64,000 nucleotides of DNA from an uncultured Planctomycetales bacterium. GTDB lineage: Bacteria; Omnitrophota; Gorgyraeia; Zapsychrales; Fredricksoniimonadaceae. Location: the NCBI GenBank assembly GCA_964520655.1, contig CAZFNI010000006.1, forward strand, positions 14,790-78,789, written 5' to 3'. Positions 28,051-37,675 of the stretch are shown here, piece after piece. Under the pieces are notes generated by a model. That model was not told the origin of the DNA. It did not search any database and worked only from the letters and a program-made list of their open reading frames with translations. Position 1 is the first letter of the stretch. Each line of letters starts with the position of its first letter. The translations under genes and the position numbers were made by a program.

Positions 28051-28179
28051 CTGTCCTTTGAGTCATTATAAAAAGAAGAATTAGCAAGCGTTTTCTGATA
28101 TTTTTTGTGATTAATTTTCTGTGGGTTATAAGTTATTGAAGTATAATGTCTTATAGGAATTTGTTTTTTTGTGTGGTTG

Positions 28180-28195
28180 TGGGCGAATGCTTGCA
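28180..28195 (+). promoter_or_regulatory. candidate sigma54 (-24/-12) promoter TGGGCG-N5-TTGCA
   Basis: GG and GC dinucleotides at the canonical spacing, about 70 nt upstream of the PEP-CTERM gene start. Confidence 0.4.
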
Positions 28196-28266
28196 TACAG
28201 GTTAAACTGTGGTAAACTTTCCGCTATCAGGAATGATTTATGTAATATTAACCAAGGAAAGAAGCC

Positions 28267-29040
28267 ATGAAAAAGTTTATTTTTGCCTTAACAGTAACAT
28301 TGATCTCGTTAGCGGGGAATGCCCACGCCTATATTGTAGACGGTTTGGTCAATGACTGGGGAGTTTCCCTGACCGCGGCGGGTGCGCAATACCGTAACTA
28401 TTTAGATACCCACTTACCTTCCAGTCCAACAGCTGATCATGTGACCGAAGATAATGTGGACTACAGGGATGGTACTGTCTTTGTCGGGCCGGGTTGGTCA
28501 GTTCATAATATTTATGACGCTGAAGCGTTATATATGGATAATGATCTCTCCAATCTTTATCTGGCCTTGATCACGGGGTTGCCAAAATCAGAAGTGACAT
28601 ATCCTTCTGGGGACCTCTTCATCGATACAGGTAAGTATCAGGATCCGACCTCTCCATTCTATAACCCCAAAAAGTATCAGTATGGGATCGATATCGCTAC
28701 TTCCAAACTATATTCTGTCGACAGCTGGCAGGATGTGGTGCATTTCGCGGATGCTAATCCCTGGCGTATTGGGGCCAGCAAAACATTCATCGCGGATGTC
28801 CCATTCTTCTACAGCGGGGAACAAAATACTCACTATGTTCTGGAAGCGGGCGTGCCTTTGAATCTTCTTGGTTTGAAGGACAAGGATGCGGTGTACCTGC
28901 ACTGGACGATGAAATGCGGTAACGATACATTAAATCTACATGGGGACGTCAATGCTGTTCCCGAACCTGCCACCATGGCTTTGTTTGGTACTGGTTTGGC
29001 GGGCATGTTGCTGCGCAGGCGTAAAGTGAACGGGGTATAA
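28267..29040 (+). CDS. PEP-CTERM sorting-domain protein
   Basis: Signal peptide; C-terminal VPEPATMALFGTGLAGMLLRRRK (PEP motif, TM segment, basic tail). Confidence 0.8.
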   Translation: MKKFIFALTVTLISLAGNAHAYIVDGLVNDWGVSLTAAGAQYRNYLDTHLPSSPTADHVTEDNVDYRDGTVFVGPGWSVHNIYDAEALYMDNDLSNLYLALITGLPKSEVTYPSGDLFIDTGKYQDPTSPFYNPKKYQYGIDIATSKLYSVDSWQDVVHFADANPWRIGASKTFIADVPFFYSGEQNTHYVLEAGVPLNLLGLKDKDAVYLHWTMKCGNDTLNLHGDVNAVPEPATMALFGTGLAGMLLRRRKVNGV

Positions 29041-29072
29041 TGATCGTACCTTTGCTGAGGTAAAGAATAGAA

Positions 29073-29104
29073 GACCGTAACTCAACGTTACGGTCTTTTT
29101 TTTT
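29073..29104 (+). terminator. rho-independent terminator
   Basis: GACCGTAAC-tcaac-GTTACGGTC followed by T9. Confidence 0.8.
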
Positions 29105-29117
29105 GGAGGAAGATGAG

Positions 29118-29771
29118 ATGGTACTGTCCGATAAAAAGATCGTCCTGTTCTTGAATGTCCTGATCGGTGCATTGTTCAGCATTCATCTGCTGTTATTGAT
29201 CATAAAGTTTAGCAGCGGACATGATCATGTGTTTGGCTTGATCGAGTTGTTCGACCTAAACGGCGAACACAATATCCCAACTGTCTTCTCATTCTTTCTG
29301 CTGTTCTACGCGGCTGTTCTGTTGGCGAAGATAGCATTTTCAGCTTTTCACGCCGGCCGTCCCTACCCGTGGCATTGGGCCGGTTTATCGGCGGTATTTA
29401 TATGGCTTTCCTATGATGAGATGTATGAGATCCATGAGCAATGGATAACACCTATCCGCGATCATTTTCACGCGGACGGGATCTTTTATTTTATCTGGCA
29501 GCTGCCCTATCTGATCACAGGCATTTTGGTAGTGCTGTTCTATGTTCCGTTCTTTAAACAACTAGGGGGTTTCCGCCGGCGGATGTTCTTGGCGGCTGCT
29601 GTTTATCTTTTTGGTGTGGTTGTCCTGGAGTCGGTGGAGGGGTTTTATTTTTCTCAAGGCGGTGCTCAATGCCTCATGTGCCTATTAGCTGAGTCCGTGG
29701 AAGAGGCCTTGGAGATGATCGGCGTCGTTATCTTTATCGACGTATTACTGCAATATATCCGCAGCAAGTAG
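29118..29771 (+). CDS. hypothetical polytopic membrane protein
   Basis: 6 or more TM helices; ATG at 29118 with a GGAGGA RBS (the track ORF starts on an upstream TTG). Confidence 0.4.
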   Translation: MVLSDKKIVLFLNVLIGALFSIHLLLLIIKFSSGHDHVFGLIELFDLNGEHNIPTVFSFFLLFYAAVLLAKIAFSAFHAGRPYPWHWAGLSAVFIWLSYDEMYEIHEQWITPIRDHFHADGIFYFIWQLPYLITGILVVLFYVPFFKQLGGFRRRMFLAAAVYLFGVVVLESVEGFYFSQGGAQCLMCLLAESVEEALEMIGVVIFIDVLLQYIRSK

Positions 29772-29808
29772 TATCCATTCCAGATAAATCATTGTAAAAT
29801 GATCCAAT

Positions 29809-30402
29809 ATGCGGAACTTACTGATATTTGTTGCGGGCGTGGCGCTTATCTGGGGGTTGATGCAGCATCCTAAGGCGGACTGGGTCGGGATGCGCACGCC
29901 GGATGATCCTGTGCAAGTCGAGGAGAAGGCCGCTCATACATGGCAAAGCGGGAAATTCATATTAACGGCCCGCGCGAAATATCATATCCGCGCGGTCGTT
30001 TTGTCCAAGCATAGCTATTGGTCTGGGTCGGATGAAGATAAATTAGCCCCGTATGACTTGGCCTTGGGCTGGGGTCCGATGAGCGATGCTTTGGTCATCA
30101 ATCAGCTGGACATTTCTCAAGGTGGTCGGTGGTACCAGTATTATTGGAAAGATCAGCCGCCCATTGAACAGGGGGAGATCATCACCCACAGCGCCAATAC
30201 CCATATCCTGCCGGCCACCTCAGAGGTCTTAAAACGCGTCAAGCAAGTGAGGCGTCATGATGTGGTGGAGATGGATGGATTTCTGGTGGACTCTGTTTCC
30301 CAAAAAAGCGGGGCTACATTGAAAACATCGCTGTCTCGATCGGATTCAGGGGCTGGATCATGTGAAGTTTTCTGGGTGACAGGGATAAAGATCGTCAAAT
30401 AG
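29809..30402 (+). CDS. hypothetical protein with N-terminal TM anchor
   Basis: 197 aa; no recognisable motif. Confidence 0.4.
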   Translation: MRNLLIFVAGVALIWGLMQHPKADWVGMRTPDDPVQVEEKAAHTWQSGKFILTARAKYHIRAVVLSKHSYWSGSDEDKLAPYDLALGWGPMSDALVINQLDISQGGRWYQYYWKDQPPIEQGEIITHSANTHILPATSEVLKRVKQVRRHDVVEMDGFLVDSVSQKSGATLKTSLSRSDSGAGSCEVFWVTGIKIVK

Positions 30403-30411
30403 GAGAGAGAT

Positions 30412-30648
30412 ATGGCGGGGATAAAAAAAGGTATTTATGAACATTATAAGGGCAAGCGTTATGAGGTTGTGGGTCTTGCGCGGCACAGCGAAACCCTGGA
30501 AGAGATGGTTGTCTATAAAGCGTTATATAAGGGAGATTTTCCCCGCGGGTCATTATGGGTCAGGCCAAAAATGATGTTCACAGAAAATGTGACGGTGAAA
30601 AGGGCTGTTGTCCCCAGGTTTAAGTTCATTGGTAAAAATGGAGCATGA
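30412..30648 (+). CDS. DUF1653 family protein
   Basis: GIYEHYKGKRYEVVGLARHSETLEEMVVYKALY matches the DUF1653 core. Confidence 0.55.
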   Translation: MAGIKKGIYEHYKGKRYEVVGLARHSETLEEMVVYKALYKGDFPRGSLWVRPKMMFTENVTVKRAVVPRFKFIGKNGA

Positions 30649-31402
30649 GATCTTGGAAGATAATTGTAAGCCGACAGACGAGAAGATGATATTACGCTGG
30701 GACGATCAGGGGGTCCCGCATTCTGTTGTCTTCGACGATAAATATTTTTGTACCGAGGATGGTTATGCGGAATGCCGTCATGTCTCGATGATCGGCAATG
30801 ATCTGGTGGCGCGTTTTAGCGGCCTTGATCCCTATATTGAGGGGACATTTACGATCATTGAGACGGGCTTTGGCACGGGTTTAAGTTTTTGCTGCGCATG
30901 GCAGATCTGGCAGGAGCATGCCCCTTCCACCTGGACGCTGCAATTCATCTCGGTAGAGCTTTATCCGTTGCCCGTGAAGGACATCGATAAAGCATTGCGT
31001 GTCTGGCCGCAGCTCGACAGGCAGCGGGAACAATTAACCGCCAGTTATCAGCCTTCCGGCGGAGGTATTGCCCATCTTCATTTTCAGGACTCGCGCGTGC
31101 GTCTGGTCTTGGTCTTTGAAGAAGTGGTGACGGCGCTGGAATTGATCGCGGCTCAAGGATTGGCCAAGGGGGGAGCGGATGCGTGGTTCTTAAACGGATT
31201 CTCTCCTTTTAAGAATCCGCTCATGTGGCGCATGGAGGTTTTCCAGGCCATGGTGCCGCTTTCTAAGAAAGGGACAACATTGTCGACGTTCACCGTCGCT
31301 GCGGCGGTACGCAGGGGATTAGAGGCCTGCGGGTTTTCTGTCCTGCGAGTGCCGGGTTTTGGCAAGAAAAAGAATGTTTTATCTGGTATTCGAAAGATTT
31401 AA
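30638..31402 (+). CDS. MnmC-like tRNA U34 methyltransferase domain protein (MnmD/DUF752)
   Basis: IETGFGTGLSF..., WFLNGFSPFKNPLMW..., TLSTFTVAAAVRRGLEACGF motifs typical of the MnmC N-terminal SAM-methyltransferase domain. Confidence 0.6.
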   Translation: MEHEILEDNCKPTDEKMILRWDDQGVPHSVVFDDKYFCTEDGYAECRHVSMIGNDLVARFSGLDPYIEGTFTIIETGFGTGLSFCCAWQIWQEHAPSTWTLQFISVELYPLPVKDIDKALRVWPQLDRQREQLTASYQPSGGGIAHLHFQDSRVRLVLVFEEVVTALELIAAQGLAKGGADAWFLNGFSPFKNPLMWRMEVFQAMVPLSKKGTTLSTFTVAAAVRRGLEACGFSVLRVPGFGKKKNVLSGIRKI

Positions 31403-31403
31403 T

Positions 31404-31451
31404 TTGACAAAACATTTTTTTTCGGGTATATTCATACCAACTGGTTGGTAT
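31404..31451 (+). promoter_or_regulatory. promoter TTGACA-N17-TATATT plus 18-bp perfect palindromic operator ATACCAAC-TG-GTTGGTAT
   Basis: Operator at 31434-31451 lies between the -10 hexamer and the TetR start codon (31456); classic TetR autoregulatory layout. Confidence 0.6.
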
Positions 31452-31455
31452 GTAA

Positions 31456-32070
31456 ATGATCACACAACACGCAAAAACTCACACCAAAGACCGATTGATG
31501 GATGCGGCCCAAGACCTGATGCTGGCCAAAGGGTACGCGGCCACAACGGTCGATGATATTTGCGCCAAAGCCGAGGTCACCAAGGGGTGTTTCTTTCATT
31601 ATTTTCAGAGCAAGGAAGACCTGGCTAAATCGTTATTGACCCGTCATTGTGATGTCCATCAAAAGACCAAAGAGGAAATGTTCGGTCTTGATCCCTTAGA
31701 CCAGGTTTTTGGGCAGATCGATATAGCCATTGCGTCAAGTAAGAAACCAGGTGGGGCCAAGGGGTGTCTAAAAGGCACGCTGGCGCATGAATTATCCGAC
31801 ACGCATCCCGAGATCCGGGATATTTGCAGCACAGCATTCAAACAGATGGCAGATGATTTCGCGCAAGACCTAAAGAAGGCTAAGACCAGGTATGCACCCA
31901 AAGCAGCATTTGACCCTCATATGGTCGCCAGCCATATGATCGCTGTGTGGCAGGGGGCTCTGATCCTGGCTAAAACACATCAGGATAAAACGATCGTTGC
32001 TGAACATTTGGGGCAATTTAAGACTTATGTCCAGTTCCTATTTAGAACATCAACCAACACATCAACCTAA
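31456..32070 (+). CDS. TetR/AcrR family transcriptional regulator
   Basis: N-terminal HTH KDRLMDAAQDLMLAKGYAATTVDDICAKAEVTKGCFFHYFQSKEDL. Confidence 0.8.
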   Translation: MITQHAKTHTKDRLMDAAQDLMLAKGYAATTVDDICAKAEVTKGCFFHYFQSKEDLAKSLLTRHCDVHQKTKEEMFGLDPLDQVFGQIDIAIASSKKPGGAKGCLKGTLAHELSDTHPEIRDICSTAFKQMADDFAQDLKKAKTRYAPKAAFDPHMVASHMIAVWQGALILAKTHQDKTIVAEHLGQFKTYVQFLFRTSTNTST

Positions 32071-32080
32071 GGAGAGACGT

Positions 32081-32668
32081 ATGAACAAGTTGTTAACCAG
32101 CATTGTTGTAGCCACAGGGGTGATCTTAAGCGGGCATGTATTTGCCGCTGATACATATGCCATCGACCCGGTGCATTCATCCATTGGGTTTAGCATCAAG
32201 CATTTGACGATCAGCACCGTGACGGGTAATTTCAAGTCATTCACCGGTCAAGTGACGTTTGATGAGAAGGATCTGGCCAACTCCAAAGCATCTGCTTCCA
32301 TCGAAGCGGCCAGCATCAATACGGAGAATGAGAAGCGCGACGGTCATTTGAAAGCTCCGGATTTCTTTGATACGGCCAAATTCCCCAAGATCGAGTTTGT
32401 CAGCAAGGCTTTCACCCAGATCGATGGTCAGTACAGGATCACCGGCGATCTGACGATCAAGGGCGTGACGAAAGAAGTTTCTATTCCGGTGGTGATCAGC
32501 GGACCGGTCAAGAATCCCATGGGCGGGGAAGCTATCGGCTTATCCGGTCAATTGACGATCAACCGTCAGGATTACGGGGTCACCTTTAACAAAGCCTTGG
32601 ACAACGGCGGGCTGATGTTGGGCAATGAAGTGACGATCAATATCAATCTGGAAGCGCATAAATCGTGA
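32081..32668 (+). CDS. YceI family periplasmic protein
   Basis: Signal peptide then YAIDPVHSSIGFSIKHL...GNFKSF...KRDGHLK; start trimmed to the Met at 32081, preceded by AAGGAGAG. Confidence 0.8.
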   Translation: MNKLLTSIVVATGVILSGHVFAADTYAIDPVHSSIGFSIKHLTISTVTGNFKSFTGQVTFDEKDLANSKASASIEAASINTENEKRDGHLKAPDFFDTAKFPKIEFVSKAFTQIDGQYRITGDLTIKGVTKEVSIPVVISGPVKNPMGGEAIGLSGQLTINRQDYGVTFNKALDNGGLMLGNEVTININLEAHKS

Positions 32669-32705
32669 TCCATCCTCTTTAACGGCTGGATTTTTAGGAC
32701 AAATG

Positions 32706-32889
32706 TGGTATAATTAACCATTATGAAGCATTTAACGTATTGCAAACACAACCCGAAGGTCATCATGGTTTCTCTCGCGTGGAGAGATCAGGCCGGGGGA
32801 GGTGTTTGACGTACGTTTTTTAAATAGTTTTTAAGGTTGCCGTACTAAAACCACCGATCCTCGATAGAAGAAGATCGGTGGTTTTTTTA
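32706..32889 (+). ncRNA. candidate small transcript: extended -10 promoter (TGgTATAAT) to intrinsic terminator; may encode a 29-aa peptide or be an sRNA
   Basis: TGGTATAAT at 32706-32714; terminator AAACCACCGATC...GATCGGTGGTTTTTTT at 32846-32889; internal ATG at 32723 opens a 29-codon frame. Confidence 0.35.
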
Positions 32890-32912
32890 TTTTAAAGAAA
32901 GGAGGTGCGGCC

Positions 32913-33131
32913 ATGGACTATACCAATGTGTTACGGTATTTCAAAGAGGCTCTGGAAAACGAAGAGTATGAGCTCTGCCAGGGATTTATCGATCAGGCCT
33001 TGTTCGCCGGAGCGAATGATGCCCAGATCGATGAGATCATCGGGACGTTCTTAAAAGGAGACGAGAAAGCATTCGCCCTAAAGAACAGGATCGCCAAGAA
33101 CAGGCTGAAGATCTTAAGCCAGAAGAAGTAA
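32913..33131 (+). CDS. small hypothetical protein (72 aa)
   Basis: Strong RBS AAAGGAGGTG 7 nt upstream of the ATG. Confidence 0.45.
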   Translation: MDYTNVLRYFKEALENEEYELCQGFIDQALFAGANDAQIDEIIGTFLKGDEKAFALKNRIAKNRLKILSQKK

Positions 33132-33196
33132 AAAAATACAACCAAGGAGGAGAAAATGGGTATAATACAACTCTTATTGAGAAAGGAATTCAAGAG

Positions 33197-33643
33197 ATGA
33201 CGATCACACAATTGATCCCAATATTACAAACCTCGGTCGCGCCCTGCGTGCTGATCTCGGGTTCAGGATTATTGCTTTTAGCTCAGGCGAACCGTTTGCC
33301 CAGGCCGATCGACCGGGCCAGGCATTTGTGTTCGCTTGTCAAGAGTAATCCTGGGCCGTCGGGGGATACGTACCGCGCCCAGTTGAAGATCTTTCATAAG
33401 CGGTGTAATCTGCTGCGTAATGCCGTTGCGCTCAACGTCATGTGTTTGGGGGCGATCGCGACCGTCATTTTATTATTATTTGTTGGGAATATCCTGGAGT
33501 TGACCTTGACCACGCCGATCAATGTGTGTTTTGTTTTCGGCCTGATGTGCCTGCTTGGATCGTTGGCGTATTTCTTAACCGACATCTTTGTGATGTTGCA
33601 TTCCCTGGAACTTGAGATCAAAGAGACGGGCGTCCAGCTTTAA
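33197..33643 (+). CDS. DUF2721-like membrane protein
   Basis: Three TM helices; 148 aa. Confidence 0.4.
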   Translation: MTITQLIPILQTSVAPCVLISGSGLLLLAQANRLPRPIDRARHLCSLVKSNPGPSGDTYRAQLKIFHKRCNLLRNAVALNVMCLGAIATVILLLFVGNILELTLTTPINVCFVFGLMCLLGSLAYFLTDIFVMLHSLELEIKETGVQL

Positions 33644-35138
33644 GCTGCAGTTCATTCAAAAATACTTCTGGTACCGGCACGCCCATCTTCAAGGCGTGCA
33701 GCGCGTCAGCGTAAGCCTGAGCGTATAACCCCAGACCATATTCTGATATAGAACGGTTGAAATATCCTTCCACAAGCGCAGGATTGAGCGCGATGGCCTG
33801 ACTAAAATCTCTGACGGCATTGGCATGGTCTTTGAGCTGTCCCAAAATTGTGCCGCGTCCGATGTAGTTAGGTGCAAAATCAGGAGCCAGCGCGATAGCG
33901 CTGTCATAATCTGCCAGCGCTTGTTCGAGATCACCGTGCTCATAGAAGTAATGGGCGCGGTTGTTATATCCCGTGAACGCGTCGGGATAGGCGCGGATGA
34001 CCTCATTATAAAAACTTAGGGTGTCTTTCCAGACGAGGCATTGTTGATTGGTTTTAACAGCAAGCAGAATGAGGGCAACTGCCGTGACCACGCGTCCCAT
34101 GCGCGAACGGCAAAGCTTAAAAGCAAGCAGGCCCAGCAGCACACAGAACCCAAGACCTGGCAGGTACATGAAACGGTCATTGACGATCGAGGCATCAACC
34201 CCAACGTCAAAACGCAGCAGAAAAAAAATGGAAAAGAAATAAAATCCGGCCGCAAGAACAAATAACCGGCGGCGGCGCCATAACCACAAGGCGCATAAAA
34301 TAAGCATCATCAACACAACGCTGCCGCCGTATTCCCAGGAGAACATCTCAACCGGTTGGGGCAATTTGTAGTAGGCATAGACATTGATGGGACACAGGAA
34401 TTTCCAAATGTAGAACATGCATGACCAGATCCAGATCAAGGCTGCCGACGCCGTATCGCTGACGGGATTGCGCATATTCTGGGCATACGTGATCCAGCCG
34501 ATCCCTCCTGCGATGATCGCAAAGGGGAGTTTCTCAAAAAGTGTCAATGGGGTGATCTTCCGGCGGAAATACCAATCCAAGAGGAACAATATTAAGGGCA
34601 GACTTAAGGCCATGGGTTTACTTAAGAGGCTAAGCAGGCATAATACAACGGCCAGGGCATAATGCCCCAGGGAGTTATGCTGGATAAAGCGGACATAAGC
34701 TAAGAGCGTCCAGACATAAAAAAGAGCATACAGGACATCTTTGCGCTCTGTCAGCCACGCGACAGATTCCACTTTCATGGGATGGATGACGAAGATGAGG
34801 ATGGAAAGCGCCGCCGCCTTGGCATTGACCCCCAGGCGTTTTAATAAAAAGTAAGCGCTGACAGCGGTGGCGATGTGCAAAAGAAGATTATTTAAATGCA
34901 TCACAAAAGGATCGAATCCGGCGAATTGTTTCTCGATCGCGAAAGACAATGTTGTTAACGGCATGTATATCTTATTAATGCTCTGGCTGAAGATGTGATG
35001 CAAGGAAGCAGGAAGCCCCATGGTCACGCCGGGATTAAGCAGGATATGCTGGGGGTCATCCAGCGAAAGAAAGCCCGCGGACAAGACCGGCCAGAAGACC
35101 GCGGTACACGCAATTATTGCTATCAAAAGAATGGGCAT
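33618..35138 (-). CDS. polytopic membrane protein with C-terminal TPR repeats (TMTC/PMT-like GT-C fold)
   Basis: N-terminal loop FLSLDDPQHILLNP (DD motif), about 10 TM helices, C-terminal TPR array. Confidence 0.5.
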   Translation of the reverse strand: MPILLIAIIACTAVFWPVLSAGFLSLDDPQHILLNPGVTMGLPASLHHIFSQSINKIYMPLTTLSFAIEKQFAGFDPFVMHLNNLLLHIATAVSAYFLLKRLGVNAKAAALSILIFVIHPMKVESVAWLTERKDVLYALFYVWTLLAYVRFIQHNSLGHYALAVVLCLLSLLSKPMALSLPLILFLLDWYFRRKITPLTLFEKLPFAIIAGGIGWITYAQNMRNPVSDTASAALIWIWSCMFYIWKFLCPINVYAYYKLPQPVEMFSWEYGGSVVLMMLILCALWLWRRRRLFVLAAGFYFFSIFFLLRFDVGVDASIVNDRFMYLPGLGFCVLLGLLAFKLCRSRMGRVVTAVALILLAVKTNQQCLVWKDTLSFYNEVIRAYPDAFTGYNNRAHYFYEHGDLEQALADYDSAIALAPDFAPNYIGRGTILGQLKDHANAVRDFSQAIALNPALVEGYFNRSISEYGLGLYAQAYADALHALKMGVPVPEVFLNELQLKAGRPSL

Positions 35139-35158
35139 CGTTTATACTATAGAACATA

Positions 35159-36811
35159 ATGTTTAAAAACACAGTGCAAATTTCTTGTTTTCTCCTGGGT
35201 GCGTTCATTGTGGGCATCATGGGCTATTATGCCTTTGTCACGGTCGACTGTTTGGCCTATCCCTGGTGGGTCGGCCTTGGCAGCGACGGGGATGGTACAT
35301 ACGTGACCCAAACGTTGCTGCTGCTTAATAACGGCCCCTTGCAGCTGGTGTTCCATCCTGGTGCGACTGTTTACGGCATGGTGGGGATCGTTTTACGGAT
35401 CGTGGATGTTTTTGATCCTTCCCACGCGTTTTTGTCCCTTGCCCAGATGTCCAATCCAGTCCAGGTCTTTGAAATGCTTAACCGTGCGATGTCTGTTTCG
35501 CGGGTCGTGATCATTCTGCTGAATGTGTTTACGCTGCTATTGTGCTGGCGCGTGCTGTATCAATTGAGCAAAGATGTTTTTGTGTCATTGGGATTATCGG
35601 GTGTTTTAATGACCGCGTATTTCATGATGGACCAGCGTCTGTTTATCATCCGTCCGGAATTGACCAGCTTCTTTTTTTGCGCGGCGTTGTTCTCCTGGCT
35701 TCTTTCGATCAAAGGGCGCGGTGTTCTCGATCGGCCCATCGGCATGGGCAGGATGGTGCTTGTCGGTCTATTCGCCGGCTTCGCTGTGCTGGCCAAGATC
35801 CAGGTGCTGGTCTTAGTCGGAGTGCTGGCCATGGGATGGTTCTGGGGGAATTCTTATCATCCTGGGAATGATGCCCATTTTAGAACAGCCCGGGCGGCTG
35901 CTATTGTTGCGGTGATTAATTTGCTGTTGATGCCCTGGGGATGGCTGAAAAGACCGGGTTTTTTGCTGGAGTACTTAAAAGGATTGTATTATGCCCGCGA
36001 GGAGCACCGCATGTACGGCCCAGTCCCGGAAAATGCGGGTGTTGTTTATCTGGTCGTATTGGGCGTGCTGGTTGTGCTGAGCATAGCCTTGTTATTCTGG
36101 CGGCATCGCCAGCAAGCCAGGATCGCCGGTGTTATGCTTAGGATCAATTGTTTTATCACCGGGGGGATCATCGCTTGTTATCTGGTGTTCGCGGGGGTGT
36201 GCCGTTCCTGGGAATCTTACTGGGCGGCGTCCAATCATTTGCTGTATGCCCTGACGACAAATATCCTCTTTGGCGGGGCGGCTAATCACCGGGTCGTTGA
36301 TGCTGACACATGGAAGGCGATCATTGAACTTCACGCGACGAACCATATACTGGGGGTCGGCATTTTGTGGTATGTGGCCGCTGCAGCAGGCTTATGTCTT
36401 TTTCGGCTGGCGTCGGATGATGCGGATAGATCAATCTACCGGATGGTATTATTCTTATTCTTTTTAGCCTTAGGGAATGACATCCTGTCGTCGTTTCGGC
36501 AGTATTTTCCAAGCAAGGTCATGATCATTTCTTCTTACGCGATCTATTCCCTGCCGGTGTATCTCTGCGGGTTGTCATTGTTATTGAAGGCTGAACTCTT
36601 TAGAATAAAGATAAGCCGCATGCGCGTGGTCGCGCAATGCGTCATTGGCGGCTGGCTTGTGTTGCATATGGTCATGATCGCTTTTTATGTGGGGCGCATG
36701 CCCAAATGGGATGTCGCCCATAACAGAGGTCAGACGCCTGATCAGGAGATGCAGAACACGCTGTCGGCTGTGCCGGGATTTTGGCATATGGCCTCACAGG
36801 GGAGGATCTAG
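35159..36811 (+). CDS. large polytopic membrane protein (hypothetical, GT-C-like)
   Basis: 550 aa, 12 or more TM helices; divergently arranged with 33618-35138. Confidence 0.35.
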   Translation: MFKNTVQISCFLLGAFIVGIMGYYAFVTVDCLAYPWWVGLGSDGDGTYVTQTLLLLNNGPLQLVFHPGATVYGMVGIVLRIVDVFDPSHAFLSLAQMSNPVQVFEMLNRAMSVSRVVIILLNVFTLLLCWRVLYQLSKDVFVSLGLSGVLMTAYFMMDQRLFIIRPELTSFFFCAALFSWLLSIKGRGVLDRPIGMGRMVLVGLFAGFAVLAKIQVLVLVGVLAMGWFWGNSYHPGNDAHFRTARAAAIVAVINLLLMPWGWLKRPGFLLEYLKGLYYAREEHRMYGPVPENAGVVYLVVLGVLVVLSIALLFWRHRQQARIAGVMLRINCFITGGIIACYLVFAGVCRSWESYWAASNHLLYALTTNILFGGAANHRVVDADTWKAIIELHATNHILGVGILWYVAAAAGLCLFRLASDDADRSIYRMVLFLFFLALGNDILSSFRQYFPSKVMIISSYAIYSLPVYLCGLSLLLKAELFRIKISRMRVVAQCVIGGWLVLHMVMIAFYVGRMPKWDVAHNRGQTPDQEMQNTLSAVPGFWHMASQGRI

Positions 36812-36814
36812 ACG

Positions 36815-37675
36815 ATGTTCAAGAAGGTCGCGGTCGTCTGTTTGATGCTGTTGCTGGTACTGGTGACTTTCGGGGTTAAAGCGTTCAAACCCTGGGCCAT
36901 GTCCCGCATTAAAAAAGAGATCGGCTCTGCTTGTCATGCCAAAGAAGTGAAGATCAAGGATATGTCCATCCCGCTGGCGGGTCCTATTATTGTGACCGGC
37001 CTTGAGATCAAACGGTATAATGAGTTGGATATCCAGGTTCCGCAGATCATGCTGGAAAAAGGATTGTGGGGCATTGTTGACGGAAGTGCGGGGCATGTTG
37101 AGGTGGCTTCGGCATTATTTAATCAGGTGCGTTTAAGTGATGTTCGTATCGATTTTTGGTGGAAGAGGACAGATCTGGTCATTCATATCCTGCAGGGTAA
37201 ATTATTGGGAGGGGTGTTTAAAGGAGATGTTATCCTACAGTTGTTCAAGGAGCCGGCGTATCAGGCTAATATTCTGCTCAATGCTTTAAGTCTCCCTCAG
37301 ATCATCCAGGATTTTAAACTGAAGGACAGGTTTTCCTTAACGGGTGCGTTGTCCGGACATATTGAATTAAAAGGCAAGGGCAAAAAATTCTCGATGATCA
37401 AGGGTCATCTAAGGAACGGTCTCGGCGGCGAGCTGACCATTAATGACACACAGTTCATCAAGGACATGGTCAAACGCATGAAACTCAACAAGGTGGCAGG
37501 ATCAGAAGAATTATTTGTGGCGAGTTTGCAGCATTATCCTTATAATAACGCAAGTGTTGTCCTGGTCTTAGAGCATAACGATCTGATGCTCAACGCCGAT
37601 CTGGCGGGAGAAACAGGTCGGAGGAGTTTTCCGATCGTTTACCATGATTTTAATTTAGAAAGGTTGGGATTATGA
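36815..37675 (+). CDS. hypothetical membrane-anchored periplasmic protein
   Basis: N-terminal TM; 286 aa. Confidence 0.35.
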   Translation: MFKKVAVVCLMLLLVLVTFGVKAFKPWAMSRIKKEIGSACHAKEVKIKDMSIPLAGPIIVTGLEIKRYNELDIQVPQIMLEKGLWGIVDGSAGHVEVASALFNQVRLSDVRIDFWWKRTDLVIHILQGKLLGGVFKGDVILQLFKEPAYQANILLNALSLPQIIQDFKLKDRFSLTGALSGHIELKGKGKKFSMIKGHLRNGLGGELTINDTQFIKDMVKRMKLNKVAGSEELFVASLQHYPYNNASVVLVLEHNDLMLNADLAGETGRRSFPIVYHDFNLERLGL

